Positions 25,612 through 38,284 of a stretch of DNA of 64,000 nt are shown piece by piece. Numbering within the stretch: position 1 is the stretch's first letter; the number at the start of each line of letters is the position of its first letter. This DNA comes from Pecten maximus (taxonomy: Eukaryota). The stretch spans positions 12,834,001 to 12,898,000 of the forward strand of contig NC_047018.1 of the NCBI RefSeq assembly GCF_902652985.1, read 5' to 3'. The notes under the pieces are model-generated. The model was given only the letters and a program-made list of their open reading frames with translations, did no database searches and was not told the origin of the DNA. The position numbers and the translations under genes were made by a program.

Positions 25612-25990
25612 CCACATGATGAAGTCATGGTTACATGGCAAGAACCAAGGTCACATGATGAAGTCATGGTTATATGGCAAGAACCAAGGTCACATGATGA
25701 AGTCATGGTTATATGGCAAGAACTAAGGTCACATGATGAAGTCATGGTTATATGGCAAGAACCAAGGTCACATGATGAAGTCATGGTTATATGGCAAGAA
25801 CTAAGGTCACATGATGAAGTCATGGTTATATGGCAAGAACCAAGGTCACATGATGAAGTCATGGTTATATGGCAAGAACCAAGGTCACATGATGAAGTCA
25901 TGGTTACATGGCAAGAACTAAGGTCACATGATGAAGTCATAGTTATGTGACAATAATTTAAAGGTCACATGACAAAGTCATGGTTATGTG
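25612..25990. repeat. Minisatellite, 39-bp unit, ~9 copies
   Basis: Unit CACATGATGAAGTCATGGTTATATGGCAAGAACCAAGGT. Confidence 0.93.
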
Positions 25991-26094
25991 ACCATGGCTT
26001 ATATCAGGTTATGCGATTAAACCCAGACTGAGAAAATACTATTATATTTTTCTACAAATGGAGATATTGATCTACCTGTAGCCAGATCCTTAAT

Positions 26095-26390
26095 CAGAGG
26101 CCACTTAAGCTCACCAAACAGGAATAAATTCAGAATTAGTTTTTTTTAAATGTAGGTCAAATGTCACAGTCAAGGTCAGTAGATCCTCAAATGTACCAAA
26201 AGAAAGGCCTTGTCACAAGGAATTTATATGTCTAATATGAAAGGTCTACCTCATATGGTTATCAGAGTGACCAAGGTTACAGATTTTTAAAAGAAGGTCA
26301 AAGGTCAAAGTCATGGTTAACAGGTCTACAAATGTAGTACCAACGGAAAGGTCTTGTCACAAGGAACACATCTCAAATAAGTAAGGTGTA
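26095..26390 (+). mobile_element. HINE/satellite-like element with two ~140-bp monomers
   Basis: Two copies of AGGTCAAA.GTCA.AGTCA.GGT...GTACCAA..GAAAGG.CTTGTCACAAGGAA, resembling monomers embedded in bivalve Helentron elements. Confidence 0.55.
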
Positions 26391-27588
26391 TCCTCATTAA
26401 TATTGACACAACACAATTTTATCAAAACTTTAACCAATCTATCTACAGACAACACTGATCCTGGGGGTATAGTAATCGCTCCCATTAACTTCATCCTGGC
26501 GAGCTAAAATCATATCACAAAGATTTCTGTGTATGACCATAAGTCTTTTGGGTCTGAGTTGCAATATCGTACATAACATTACTAGAGAGCTCTCATGTAA
26601 CAGAGCTAAATAAAACTGGAAATCAGAAGCATTAAGACACATTGAATGTTCGCTTAATAAATGTAGAATGTGTCTTGATGTGGAGTTTGTAAGAAATGGG
26701 GCACAAACTCTCAGAAATCTTCATAGGATGACCAGCCTTTTCTGTTAGTGATGTTAGCAGTTCTTTACTGGGAATCGTTTAAGTTGATGTTGTTATGATT
26801 GTGTTAAACAGATATGATTATATTACTCTTTAATATGTTCCTATAAAGTGTCATCTAACATAAGTTTCCTATAAAACTGTTGCTTATAACATTTGTGCAG
26901 GTGACCATGACAATTACAAAAGGACGTGTAGCTTGTTTGAAAGGATAAATGTACGTCAGTAACCACAATAAAATATGGCTGTGACGTTATTGGGGTATCG
27001 AGTTGCCACTGACAACAATAGAGGGGTGTAACGTAAACTGAATCAGCATTTCTATGTTTAGAAGGGGGGGTCAGTGCATGTCTATAAAAGGAGTCAACCA
27101 AGGTATAATCTTTCACCTGAAGCATGCAGAAATCTTATGTGTATTGTAATATAGCAGAAATGCTGCCAGGCCATCTCACAAGATCATCATCTAGTGTGAA
27201 ATTCCAAATTCCATAAAAAAGCAAAATGTATATATGTCACCAGCCAAGGTATGGGAGATAATATTAAAACACGAATCAGTGTATAACTACAGAAAATATC
27301 ATTTCAGAATATATTATAGAAACCTTTATACAAATAAAACTCGGCAACAGGCAAAGCCTATCAAAGCCACATTTAAAATACCACACTTGTACCTTAGTAT
27401 AGGCCATCTTTACTTTTACAAATGATTTATTCAGATTTTCAAATATAATCACAATATTTATTGCTTGTCTAAAGCTTAAGATACTCATTTTACTTTGAAA
27501 TTGAAAGTATACATTCTTTGAAGCTCTTCGGGCTCATCACATATTGTTAAAAGTCTACGTTGTAAAATATGTCTTTGATTCTCAAATA

Positions 27589-27700
27589 AAACAAGAGATC
27601 TCCAGGGCCTACATCACTCACCTGGATATTTCAGTAATCATGCCAAAATATTTCAAGTTACATTACAATTATTTTGCTTTTTTTCCCCTTCTCATTTTTT

Positions 27701-27738
<38 letters not shown>

Positions 27739-27750
27739 GGGGTCAGAGTC
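27589..27750 (+). mobile_element. 5' fragment of the same HINE-like family, ending in a G35 run (27703-27737)
   Basis: AACAAGAGATCTCCAGGGCCTACATCACTCACCTGGATATTTCAGT aligns by eye with the head at 9757-9800. Confidence 0.55.
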
Positions 27751-27833
27751 ATCAGTTCTAACAGTGTATCTCAGTTCTAACAGTGTACCTTAGTTCTAAC
27801 AGTGTACCTAAGTTCTAACAGTGTACCTCATGA

Positions 27834-29826
27834 TCATACAGACTATTGTCTATAAAATCATACAGACTACTATCAAAAACCTCATACAGACTACTATCCA
27901 AAACCTCATACAGACTACTGTCCAAAACCTCATACAGACTACTGTCCAAAACATCATACAGACTACTGTCCAAAACATCATACAGACTACTGTCCAAAAC
28001 CTCATACAGACTACTGTCCAAAACATCATACAGACTACTATCAAAAACCTCATACAGACTACCTTCCAAAACCTCATACAGACTACTGTCCAAAACCTCA
28101 TACAGACTACTGTCCAAAACCTCATACAGACTACTGTCCAAAACATCATACAGACTATTGTCCAAAACATCATACAGTCTACCGTCCAAAACCTCATACA
28201 GACTACTATCAAAAACCTCATACAGACTACTGTCCAAAACCTCATACAGACTACTGGCTAAAACATCATACAGACTACTGTCCAAAACCTCATACAGACT
28301 ACTGTCCAAAACCTCATACAGACTACTGTCCAAAACCTCATACAGACTACTGTCCAAAACATCATACAGACTACTGTCCAAAAACTCATACAGGCTACTG
28401 TCCAAAACCTCATACAGACTACCGTCCAAAACCTCATACAGGCTACTGTCCAAAACCTCATAAAGACTACTGTCCAAAACCTCATACAGGCTACTGTCCA
28501 AAACCTCATACAGACTACTGTCCAAAACATCATACAGACTACCGTCCAAAACCTCATACAGGCTACTATCCAAAACCTCATACAGACTACTGTCCAAAAC
28601 ATCATACAGACTACATACAGACTACCGTCCAAAACATCATACAGACTACATACAGACTACCGTCCAAAACCTCATACAGACTACTATCCAAAACCTCATA
28701 CAGACTACTGTCCAAAACCTCATACAGACTACTATCAAAACCTCATACAGACTACTATCAAAAACCTCATACAGACTACTGTCCAAAACCTCATACAGAC
28801 TACTGTCCAAAACCTCATACAGACTACCGTCCAAAACATCATACAGACTACTGTCAAAAACCTTATACAGACTACTGTCCAAAACCTCATACAGAGTACC
28901 GTCCAAAACCTCATACAGACTACTGTCAAAAACCTCATACAGACTACCGTCCAAAACTTCATACAGACTACTATCAAAAACCTCAAACAGACTACTGTCA
29001 AAAACCTCATACAGACTACTATCAAAAACCTCATACAGACTACTGTCCAAAACATCATACAGACTACTGTCCAAAACCTCATACAGACTACTGTCCAAAA
29101 CCTCATACAGACTACTGTCCAAAACCTCATACAGAGTACCGTCCAAAACCTCATACAGACTACTGTCCATAACCTCATACAGACTACTGTCCAAAACCTC
29201 AGAGACTACTGTCCAAAACCTCATACAGACTACTGTCCAAAACCTCATACAGATTACCGTCAAAAACCTCATACAGACTACTGTCCAAAACCTCATACAG
29301 ACTACCGTCCAAAACATCATACAGACTACATACAGACTACCGTCCAAAACATCATAGACTACTGTCCGAAACATCATACAGACTACTGTCCAAAACATCA
29401 TACAGACTACTGTCCAAAACATCATACAGACTACTGTCCAAAACCTCATACAGACTACTGTCCAAAACCTCATACAGACTACTGTCCAAAACCTCATACA
29501 GACTACTGTCCAAAACCTCAGAGACTACTGTCCAAAACCTCATACAGACTACGGTCCAAAACCTCATACAGACTACTATCAAAAACCTCATACAGGCTAC
29601 TGTCCAAAACCTCATACAGACTACTGTCCAAAACATCATACAGACTACTATCAAAAACCTCATACAGACTACTATCAAAAACCTCATACAGACTACTGTC
29701 CAAAACCTCATAAAGACTACTGTCCAAAACCTCATACAGACTACTGTCCAAAACATCATACAGACTACGGTCCAAAACCTCATACAGACTACTGTCCAAA
29801 ACCTCATACAGACTACTGTCCAAAAC
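27834..29826. repeat. Minisatellite, 24-bp unit, ~80 copies, preceded by a short ~19-20-bp array at 27755-27828
   Basis: Unit TCATACAGACTACTGTCCAAAACC. Confidence 0.95.
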
Positions 29827-30571
29827 ACAGGAATAAAGCAAGGTGAAATCTGTACTGAGAGAATCTGCAACTACTTTCTATCAATTAAGATTAACAACTT
29901 GGCAATAATTCAAATACTTTTGACAGATCTGTGAGCAAAATGCTAGAATTGAAATTGTCCACATTGTGACTGTAACACATGCATCCCTACTAAGAACTTC
30001 ACTTTTCTCACCATTTTACAACAAACTCACACTAATTTAACCTGTAATGTTTAGAAGACAGAATGTGTGATCCTGTCACAAAGGCAGGAGAGTCCACCAG
30101 CTCTCCAGTAAGGGTTAGGGGCAGGGATGAGGATCTGTCATCTCCAGTAGAAGGGATGAGAAGGTTTGAACTCCAACGGGAGGGATATGTAACGCACAGC
30201 AGACATGTAATAATGAAGAACTGGTTTTGTATAGCTGGAAGATTTCCAATCTCTTCTATGAATTCATTCATGTTGTATATTGTAGACAACAGCTTAGGGC
30301 CTATTATTTATATTTGGATGGCAAAGCCATGATATAAACAAACTACATAGCATTTTAATGACACCCAAATCGTGGCATCATTCACTGTGTATGAATTTAT
30401 TTTATTTGCGCACAACAGAGCCATTTAATGATCAAAATTTTGAGATGTAACAAATTAATATTTATATCCAAACACAGAAACTTTTTTCTTTGGTGAGGTC
30501 ATAAAATAAGACGGTATCACAGGGATAATCACTATAGTATGACTTTCCATACGCTTGAGTGATAGAGAAAA

Positions 30572-31665
30572 CAGACCTTCCCTAACCCCCAGACCCTACC
30601 TCTCCCGTGGACCCTACCTCTCCCCCAGACACTACCTCTCCTCCAGACCTTCCCTAACCCCCAGACCCTACCTCTCCTCCAGACCTTCCCTAACCCCCAG
30701 ACCCTACCTCTCCTCCAGACCTTCCCTAACCCCCAGACCCTACCTCTCCCGTGGACCCTACCTCTCCCCCAGACACTACCTCTCCTCCAGACCTTCCCTA
30801 ACCCCCAGACCCTACCTCGACCCCAGACATTCCCTACCCCCAGACCCTACCTCTCCTCCAGACCTTCCCTAACCCCTAGACCCTGCCTCTCCTCCAGACC
30901 TTCCCTAACCCCCAGACCCTACCTCGACCCCAGACATTCCCTACCCCCAGACCCTACCTCTCCTCCAGACCTTCCCTAACCCCCAGACCCTACCTCTCCC
31001 CCAGACATTCCCTACCCCCAGACCCTACCTCTCCCCCAGACATTCCCTACCCCCAGACCCTACCTCTCCTCCAGACCTTCCCTAACCCCTAGACCCTACC
31101 TCTCCCCCAGACATTCCCTAACCCCCAGACCCTACCTCTCCTTCAGACCTTCCCTAACCCCCAGACCCTACCTCTCCTCCAGACCTTCCCTAACCCCCAA
31201 ACCCTACCTCTCCCTCAGACATTCCCTAACCCCCAGACCCTACCTCTCCTTCAGACCTTCCCTAACCCCTAGACCCTACCTCTCCTCCAGACCTTCCCTA
31301 ACCCCCAGACCCTACCTCTCCTCCAGACCTTCCCTAACCCTCAGACCCTACCTCTCCTCCAGACCTTCCCTAACCCCCAGACCCTACCTCTCCTCCAGAC
31401 CTTCCCTAACCCCCAAACCCTACCTCTCCCCCAGACATTCCCTAACCCTCAGACCATACCTCTCCTCCAGACCTTTCCTAACCCCCAGACCCTACCTCTC
31501 CTCCAGACCTTCCCTAACCCCCAAACCCTACCTCTCCCCCAGACATTCCCTAACCCCAGACCCTACTTTCCCCCCCAGACCTTTTCTAACCCCTAGACCC
31601 TGCCTCTCCCCAGACCTTCCCTAACCCCCAGACCTTTCCTAACCCCTAGACCCTGCCTCTCCCTT
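30572..31665. repeat. C-rich minisatellite, 36-bp unit (two related 18-mers), ~30 copies
   Basis: Unit CCAGACCTTCCCTAACCC+CCAGACCCTACCTCTCCT. Confidence 0.93.
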
Positions 31666-32414
31666 TTCCCTAGATCTCTCTCTCTCTCTTCAGACCCTCA
31701 TCATTCCCAGAGGTCATTAGATGTTTGAGGTATTTGGTGGATATTCATGAATTTTTGGAATCATGAATATCAATAGATGGAATGTCAGTTCTTAATTAAG
31801 TCATATATCATAGTGTTAGGATGTTCTTACTTCAGAGGAAGATGTTTCTATTTTGATTTTTGTAGTACAGTGTATATATGATAAATGAGTTTATGAGCTT
31901 CTTTGTTGGGTGTATACTGAGAACCATTCCCTGTAATGATCTACAAAGGCCTGTGTGTATAGGTATTGTTGATACTGTGTCTATCTACCAATGCTGTGTG
32001 GAATAACTCTACTCTGGTATTGACCACTCTTAGACTAGTAAAAGTACACAATGAAGTCAAACTCCAGAAGTCAAGGTCACAAGTCATATTTCAATGGTCA
32101 AGGTCATGAGTCATATTTCAGTGGTACTGAGATTATCTGCTGGGAACAGATTCTACCTCTCATCCCAGCATCAGTGCATGTCCTACAGTGGACCATGAGT
32201 TATGTCAGTCCGACTAATCATGAAAAAATCCATATTTTATGTATTAAGAATTAATCTGTTAGCAATAAAACCTTGGACTCCTATTCTTATCATTTATGCA
32301 TGGGGTGACATTACATTTCCTAATGCTAGATTATATTGGCTAAAATAGTGACATATAGCAATTGATCTGGTCCATAAAAATCCAGTTAATTTTTCATAGC
32401 AAGACAAAGTAGTT

Positions 32415-33115
32415 GAAGTACAGGAATCACAGCCATGTTTAATATTAATACACAGAGAGAGGGAAAAGTACAGGAATCAAAGTCATGTCTACTGTCAATA
32501 CAGAGGTGAGGAAAAGTACAGGAATCACAGTCATGTCTACTGTCAATACAGAGGTGGGGAAAAGTACAGGAATCACAGTCATGTCTACTGTCAATACAGG
32601 GGTGGGGAAAGTACAGGAATTATAGCCATGTCTAATGTCAATACAGGGGTGGGGAAAGTACAGGAATCACAGTCATGTCTACTGTCAATACAGAGGTGGG
32701 GAAAAGTACAGGAATCACAGTCATGTCTACTGTCAATACAGAGGTGGGGAAAAGTACAGGAATCACAGTCATGTCTACTGTCAATACAGAGGTGGGTAAA
32801 AGTACAGGAATCACAGCCATGTCTACTGTCAATACAGGGGTGGGGAAAGTACAGGAATCACAGCCATGTCTACTGTCAATACAGGGGTGGGGAAAGTACA
32901 GGAATCACAGTCATGTCTACTGTCAATACAGGGGTGGGGAAAGTACAGGAATCACAGTCATGTCTACTGTCAATACAGAGGTGGGTAAAGTACAGGAATC
33001 ACGGTCATGTCTACTGTCAATACAGAGGAATCACAGCGATGTCTACTGTCAATACAGAGGTGGGGAAAAGTACAGGAATCACAGTCATGTCTACTGTCAA
33101 TACAGAGGTGAGGAA
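32415..33115. repeat. Minisatellite, 47-48-bp unit, ~14 copies
   Basis: Unit AAAGTACAGGAATCACAGTCATGTCTACTGTCAATACAGAGGTGGGGA. Confidence 0.93.
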
Positions 33116-33166
33116 ATCATATTCTGTTTCCTGATTAGTGAGTGAACTGATTGCTTCTTCCAGGCA

Positions 33167-33370
33167 ACTGGTTGGTTAATAGGTTAGCTGGTTGGTTCTG
33201 GATGACTGGTTGGTTCATAGGTCAGCTGGTTGGTTCTGGGTGACTGGTTGGTTCATAGGTTAGCTGGTTGGTTCTGGGTGACTGGTTGGTTCATAGGTCA
33301 GCTGGTTGGTTCTGGGTGACTGGTTGGTTCATTGGTTGGCTGATTGGTTTTAGTTGACCAGCTGGTTCTT
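33167..33370. repeat. Minisatellite, 38-bp unit, ~5 copies
   Basis: Unit ACTGGTTGGTTCATAGGTTAGCTGGTTGGTTCTGGGTG. Confidence 0.88.
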
Positions 33371-34449
33371 TTGGTGGCTAGATGTATCTCTGGTTAAGGT
33401 CTCTGGGTTCAAACTAAAACTGGCTGGATCTTTGGTTGGGTGTTTGCTCCCTTTGACAGCTGTATTCTTTGGATAATAAACAGTCATATGAAGGGCCAGA
33501 TATAGGGTGTTCAATGACTAGAGAATGCTTTTTTGGCAGATATATTGTTTATATATATATGGTTATAAAGCCTTTCTAATATATGATCATATGATGAAAT
33601 GCTCCATCATAGGTTTCCCATTTTGCTTTTTGACTATTTGGTTTGTAAAAAATAAACCATATTCTTTGAAAACTCTAAAGTACAAGCTTACAAGACCATT
33701 ATCAGTTGTCTACTGTTTATGTTCTAAATAGTTTGTTGTAAACATTGCAAATGTAAAGGTAAGGTCACTGTGCTAGGATATAAGGGCGGTAACCTTTATG
33801 GGCAGAAGAAATATATCTACACTAACATACAGATACCAACTGTGTCTCCTGGTGTCACAAAACATCAGCTAAAAGCGACCATTACTAGCCACCATTATCC
33901 TATGTGAAGAGAGCTGAAATAACGCGGCTGAAGAGCTTGATCTTCTCAATTGTGTATGCTTGTCGCTGTCTATACCAGACTTCCAGGAACATAAATATGC
34001 AATTAAATTACTGACCCGTTTGAGAGGCTCCACACTTTGGGCCCCATTTGGTCCCATTTGCCTGCAGCTTGGCTGAACGATCCTTGAAAGTTGTCAAGCC
34101 TCTGTCCTGATGCAGAGCTATCGATAACTGTCCAGATTTGATGTTGTTTTGTTCCTTTTCATTCAAAGCAATTTCTGTAAATAACTTTATTAGAGAGCAA
34201 AATGTTGGGCTACTTCACAACAAATAGCTTCAATTATTCATTCACAAAGCTTTATATCAACCTGAGTACACTAGGGTCACAAGAAAAGGGATACGTCTCA
34301 CTATATCAGGGGAAAGCTTTCTTTTCAATAAAGGGTAACAACCCAGTAGCCTGGAGACAAACAAATTCTTTATTTGGTCACCAAACTTCATGACAAAAGA
34401 AAATCATTACTTAATCCAAAAATGTGACGAGATGTCCTTACCCTGTCAT

Positions 34450-34880
34450 CTCAGGACCAAAGACGTCCATAGTCCATAGATATCGGAGCTAATACATGTG
34501 ACATGTCCTTACTTACATGGACTAACCTCAGGACTAAAGACGTGCATAGTCCATAAATATCGGAGCTAATACATGTGACATGTCCTTATTTACATGGACT
34601 AACCTCAGGACCAAAGACGTGCATAGTCCATAAATATCGGAGCTAATACATGTGACATGTCCTTTCTTACATCGACTAACCTCAGGACTAAAGACGTGCA
34701 TAGTCCATAAATATCGGAGCTAATACATGTGACATGTCCTTACTTACATGGACTAACCTCAGGACTAAAGACGTGCATAGTCCATAAATATCGGAGCTAA
34801 TACATGTGACATGTCCTTACTTACATGGACTAACCTCAGGACTAAAGACGTCCTTATGTCCATAAACCTCAGGACTACAA
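34450..34880. repeat. Minisatellite, 77-bp unit, ~5.5 copies
   Basis: Unit CTCAGGACTAAAGACGTGCATAGTCCATAAATATCGGAGCTAATACATGTGACATGTCCTTACTTACATGGACTAAC. Confidence 0.93.
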
Positions 34881-35648
34881 CATTGTGTATTGTATTTCAT
34901 CACATTTTCCTTCTGTTATCCACTGAATTCATCCCGAGTAATATTTTTTCATATGTCATATGTGTGTAATATATACAATGGATCATTTTACATTGGCAGC
35001 ACCAAATAGATACTAATTGTGATAATATAGACAATACTGACGTTATGACTTGTGAATGGAGCAACAAGATGTCTGTCTCCGTTTGATACAGTCCTCCACT
35101 CTTTGACTTTGAAACTTGTCAAAATATAAGTTTTCTGATTTATTTGATAAAAAGTACCCTAAATTTTTGCATTTCATATGGAATTTTATAAAATCAATTT
35201 GCTTGCTAAGGTTATAATGACTGCTTCTAAGACTTGATTCATAGAGTCTAATATGAAATGAAAACTCATTCAAGATCCTATATGTATGAAACAGTTGGTA
35301 ATATTAGAGTGGCATAATATAAAGTTATCACGATATGTTTACCTGTGACTCATAGTAGTAAAATCATATAGACCACATTTCTATCGATCTGAGACAGTAA
35401 CCCCATTTACAATGTCATTCGATATGTGTTTTGATGAGAACAAAAGCTTTTAACTGATCAGTATTTCAGATTAAATACTTCTGGTAATAATTAATACAAA
35501 AAGCTATCAATACAAATGTTCCAGTCATCATGACAGAATTTAGTCTTTTATTAGACAACCAGTAAAAATTGTCTAAATTCAGGTACAATGTATCCACTAG
35601 TACAGCTGAATAAATCAGCAGTGAAATAATAACATCTATTATGACACC

Positions 35649-36110
35649 TTCTACCACAATACCCTGTGTTATTCAACTCTCAGACCATCAGTTAATCATT
35701 ACAGCTGTTGATTAACAATCTGTTTATACCACACGTGGTATAAACTCTGTACGCATTTCGATTGGCTAACACGGTGAACTTTGACCCAAGCTGCAATTGT
35801 TATTGACGTCATCAATAATCTAATGACGTCACATCACCGGGTCCGGGACGTCACCGGTACACTTTATTTGCATACGCGAAATTATACTTGGCCACGTTTC
35901 CCTTTGATTCAAGCCGATATTATTGTGGTAGAAACAGGTCACACGACTCGAAATTGTTGGATATGGAATTTATTTCACACTCGTAAGTAATTTTTTAAAA
36001 GTTGCAAAAAACACTCGCTAAAGCTCGTGTCTTTTGTAACTTTTAAAAAATAACTTACTCGTGTGAAATAAATTCCATATCCAACAACCACTCGTTGTGT
36101 AACCTCTATA
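35649..36110. mobile_element. CpG-rich non-coding element with nested inverted repeats and a 168-bp hairpin (probably a non-autonomous DNA transposon; Crypton-like assignment tentative)
   Basis: 13-bp inverted repeat at 35649-35661 / 35921-35933, palindrome at 35722-35745, and a long inverted repeat at 35937-36104 centred on 36020/36021. CpG density is sharply higher than in the flanks. Confidence 0.6.
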
Positions 36111-36227
36111 TACACAATAAAACAGGAGAATAACAGGAGATAATGGGGTGATAAGTCAAAATGACCTTCATCTAAAACACTCAACACCTAGATAACTGAC
36201 CTGCCTATTGTCAGTTTTACGGAGTCG

Positions 36228-36545
36228 ACCTTGAACAGAGGAACAGGCTATCAGTGACCAATGTTTGACCTTGTATAGAGGAACAGGCTATCAGTAACCA
36301 ATGTTTGACCTTGTACAGAGGAACAGGCTATCAGTGACCAATGTTTGACCTTGTATAGAAGAACAGGCTATCAGTGACCAATGTTATACCTTGTATTGAG
36401 GAACAGGCTATCAGTGACCCATGTTTGACCTTGTATAGAAGAACAGGTTATCAGTGACCAATGTTTGACCTTGTACAGAGGAACAGGCTATCAGTGACCA
36501 ATGTTTGACCTTGTATTGAGGAACAGGCTATCAGTGACCAATGTT
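36228..36545. repeat. Minisatellite, 40-bp unit, ~8 copies
   Basis: Unit GACCTTGTATAGAGGAACAGGCTATCAGTGACCAATGTTT. Confidence 0.93.
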
Positions 36546-37094
36546 TTTCGATTGATCACTGATTCCTTATCAGCCAGGGCTGCAGCCTCTCTATCTGGAC
36601 TAACATGTACACAGTTACATCACAAACCAGCTTTTAACATTTCCTTTGCTGACATTTTACATCTATTTACAGATTTTTACAGTTATCTTGGAAAAGGATT
36701 CCAGCTATCCAAGAAGCCATGTGAAACAGCAGGTATGAGGCTGTATTGATTTCACTGTACACCGAAAACCAGTTTGTGAAACAACTCTAGTGTCTACACA
36801 GTATTAAAATCCAGTATTGTGAAACATTTCTACAGTATACATGAAACTCTAACATATGTTTCTGTAAATTTATATTTCAACAGTAATTTTATTTCAACAA
36901 TGCTGAAATCATTACAATTAATTATAATTGCACCAATTAAAAGTTCTGTGGCAACATAACTTCCATTGTTCTGTATTACATGTAATTATGGTTTTCTAAA
37001 TCCATCAATGCCCAATAAAATCTGATAATGTAAAATAAACTCACTTTTATTAATTGCTCAAATTAAGGCACTGAAGATTTATTTCAAGCTAGCC

Positions 37095-37540
37095 AAACAG
37101 ATAACCCATAACATCCGATATAACCAATCAGATATCCCAAAACATCCGATATAACCAATCAGATATCCCAAAAAATCTGATATAACCAATCAGATATTCC
37201 ATAACATCCGATATAACCAATCAGATATTCCATAACATCCGAAATAACCAATCAGATAACCCCCATAACAACCCGAAATAACCAGTCAGATAAACCATAA
37301 CATCCCCATAACCAATCAGATATTCCCTAACATCTGAAATAACCAATCAGATAAACCATAACATCCCAATAACCAATCAGATATTCCATAACATCTGAAA
37401 TAACCAATCAGATAAACCATAACATCCCAATAACCAATCAGATATTCCATAACATCTGAAATAACCAATCAAATAAACCATAACATCCCCCATAACCAAT
37501 CAGATATCCCATAGCATTCCAAATAACCAATCAGATAATG
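37095..37540. repeat. CCAAT-containing minisatellite, ~30-bp unit, ~14 copies
   Basis: Unit ATAACCAATCAGATATTCCATAACATCCGA. Confidence 0.9.
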
Positions 37541-38284
37541 GTGTGCTTATCTGCATTTTCTAGTCCATTGATATACAATATCAGAGATGATATCATCAGA
37601 CTTAGGACTGGCATTCTCATCTGTTATTTGACACCAGTACCATCCCCACCCTGTATAACCCTGCTTCCAAACTGACCCATCTATTTCTTTGATCTGGCAG
37701 GATCCAAACAGTTCTGTAGAATTTTGAGAGTAGCCAGATAATTAATTCTCCAGCAACAACTGTAACAATTAGAGTAGTTTTTCCTTTACATTAGAGTAGT
37801 TTTTCCTTTGCTCTATTTAAATGTAGATTTATAGAGTAGTAATCAAAGAGAAGAGGTCAGAAAATACAAGGAATGGTTCTGTTCTATCCAGGGGTATAAA
37901 GTAACAAAGGATTCTCATCAATATCTACAACATGATGAATGGTCCCTCTCCACCAGGAATTGTTTTCATATCAATAAAACTGTATGCCATATCAAAAACC
38001 TACAGGAACCCAGTCACTGGAAATATACACATCCAATATGCAATCAGAAAAAACTGATGGAAAGGCAAATGTTGAGAGGAGTTTCGACTGTCCAAGATGA
38101 TATCAATTAATGGCATTACATTTCAGATGAGTTTCTCTCCATGATTTAAGACACAGAGACCAGTAGTATTCCTAATTACACAGGCTTGTCAAGATCCATA
38201 ACTGATGGATCAAATACACTACAGGGGAACTGAACCATCTCTCTCACTCCGAAATATATGGCAAGGATCTCCCAAAGGTTTGTT

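Noticed and set aside
25537-25950. 137-aa ORF with a signal-peptide-like start and 13-aa repeats
   Set aside because: It is open only because the unit is 39 bp. The hydrophobic leader is short, it is antisense to the NCS gene, and nothing else supports it.
27815-29870. Long ORFs (DSSLYEVL)n and other repeat ORFs at 1931-3396, 17598-18092, 18754-19386, 56509-59200 and 61580-62026
   Set aside because: They are translations of minisatellites, often open in several frames and on both strands, broken by indels, with no domain or splice support.
30032-30332. Overlapping 85-aa and 89-aa ORFs in unique sequence
   Set aside because: No recognisable domain and no convincing splice sites; the length is compatible with chance.
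30572-31665. True telomere or interstitial (TTAGGG)n tract
   Set aside because: Only one hexamer occurs per 36-bp unit, never in tandem.
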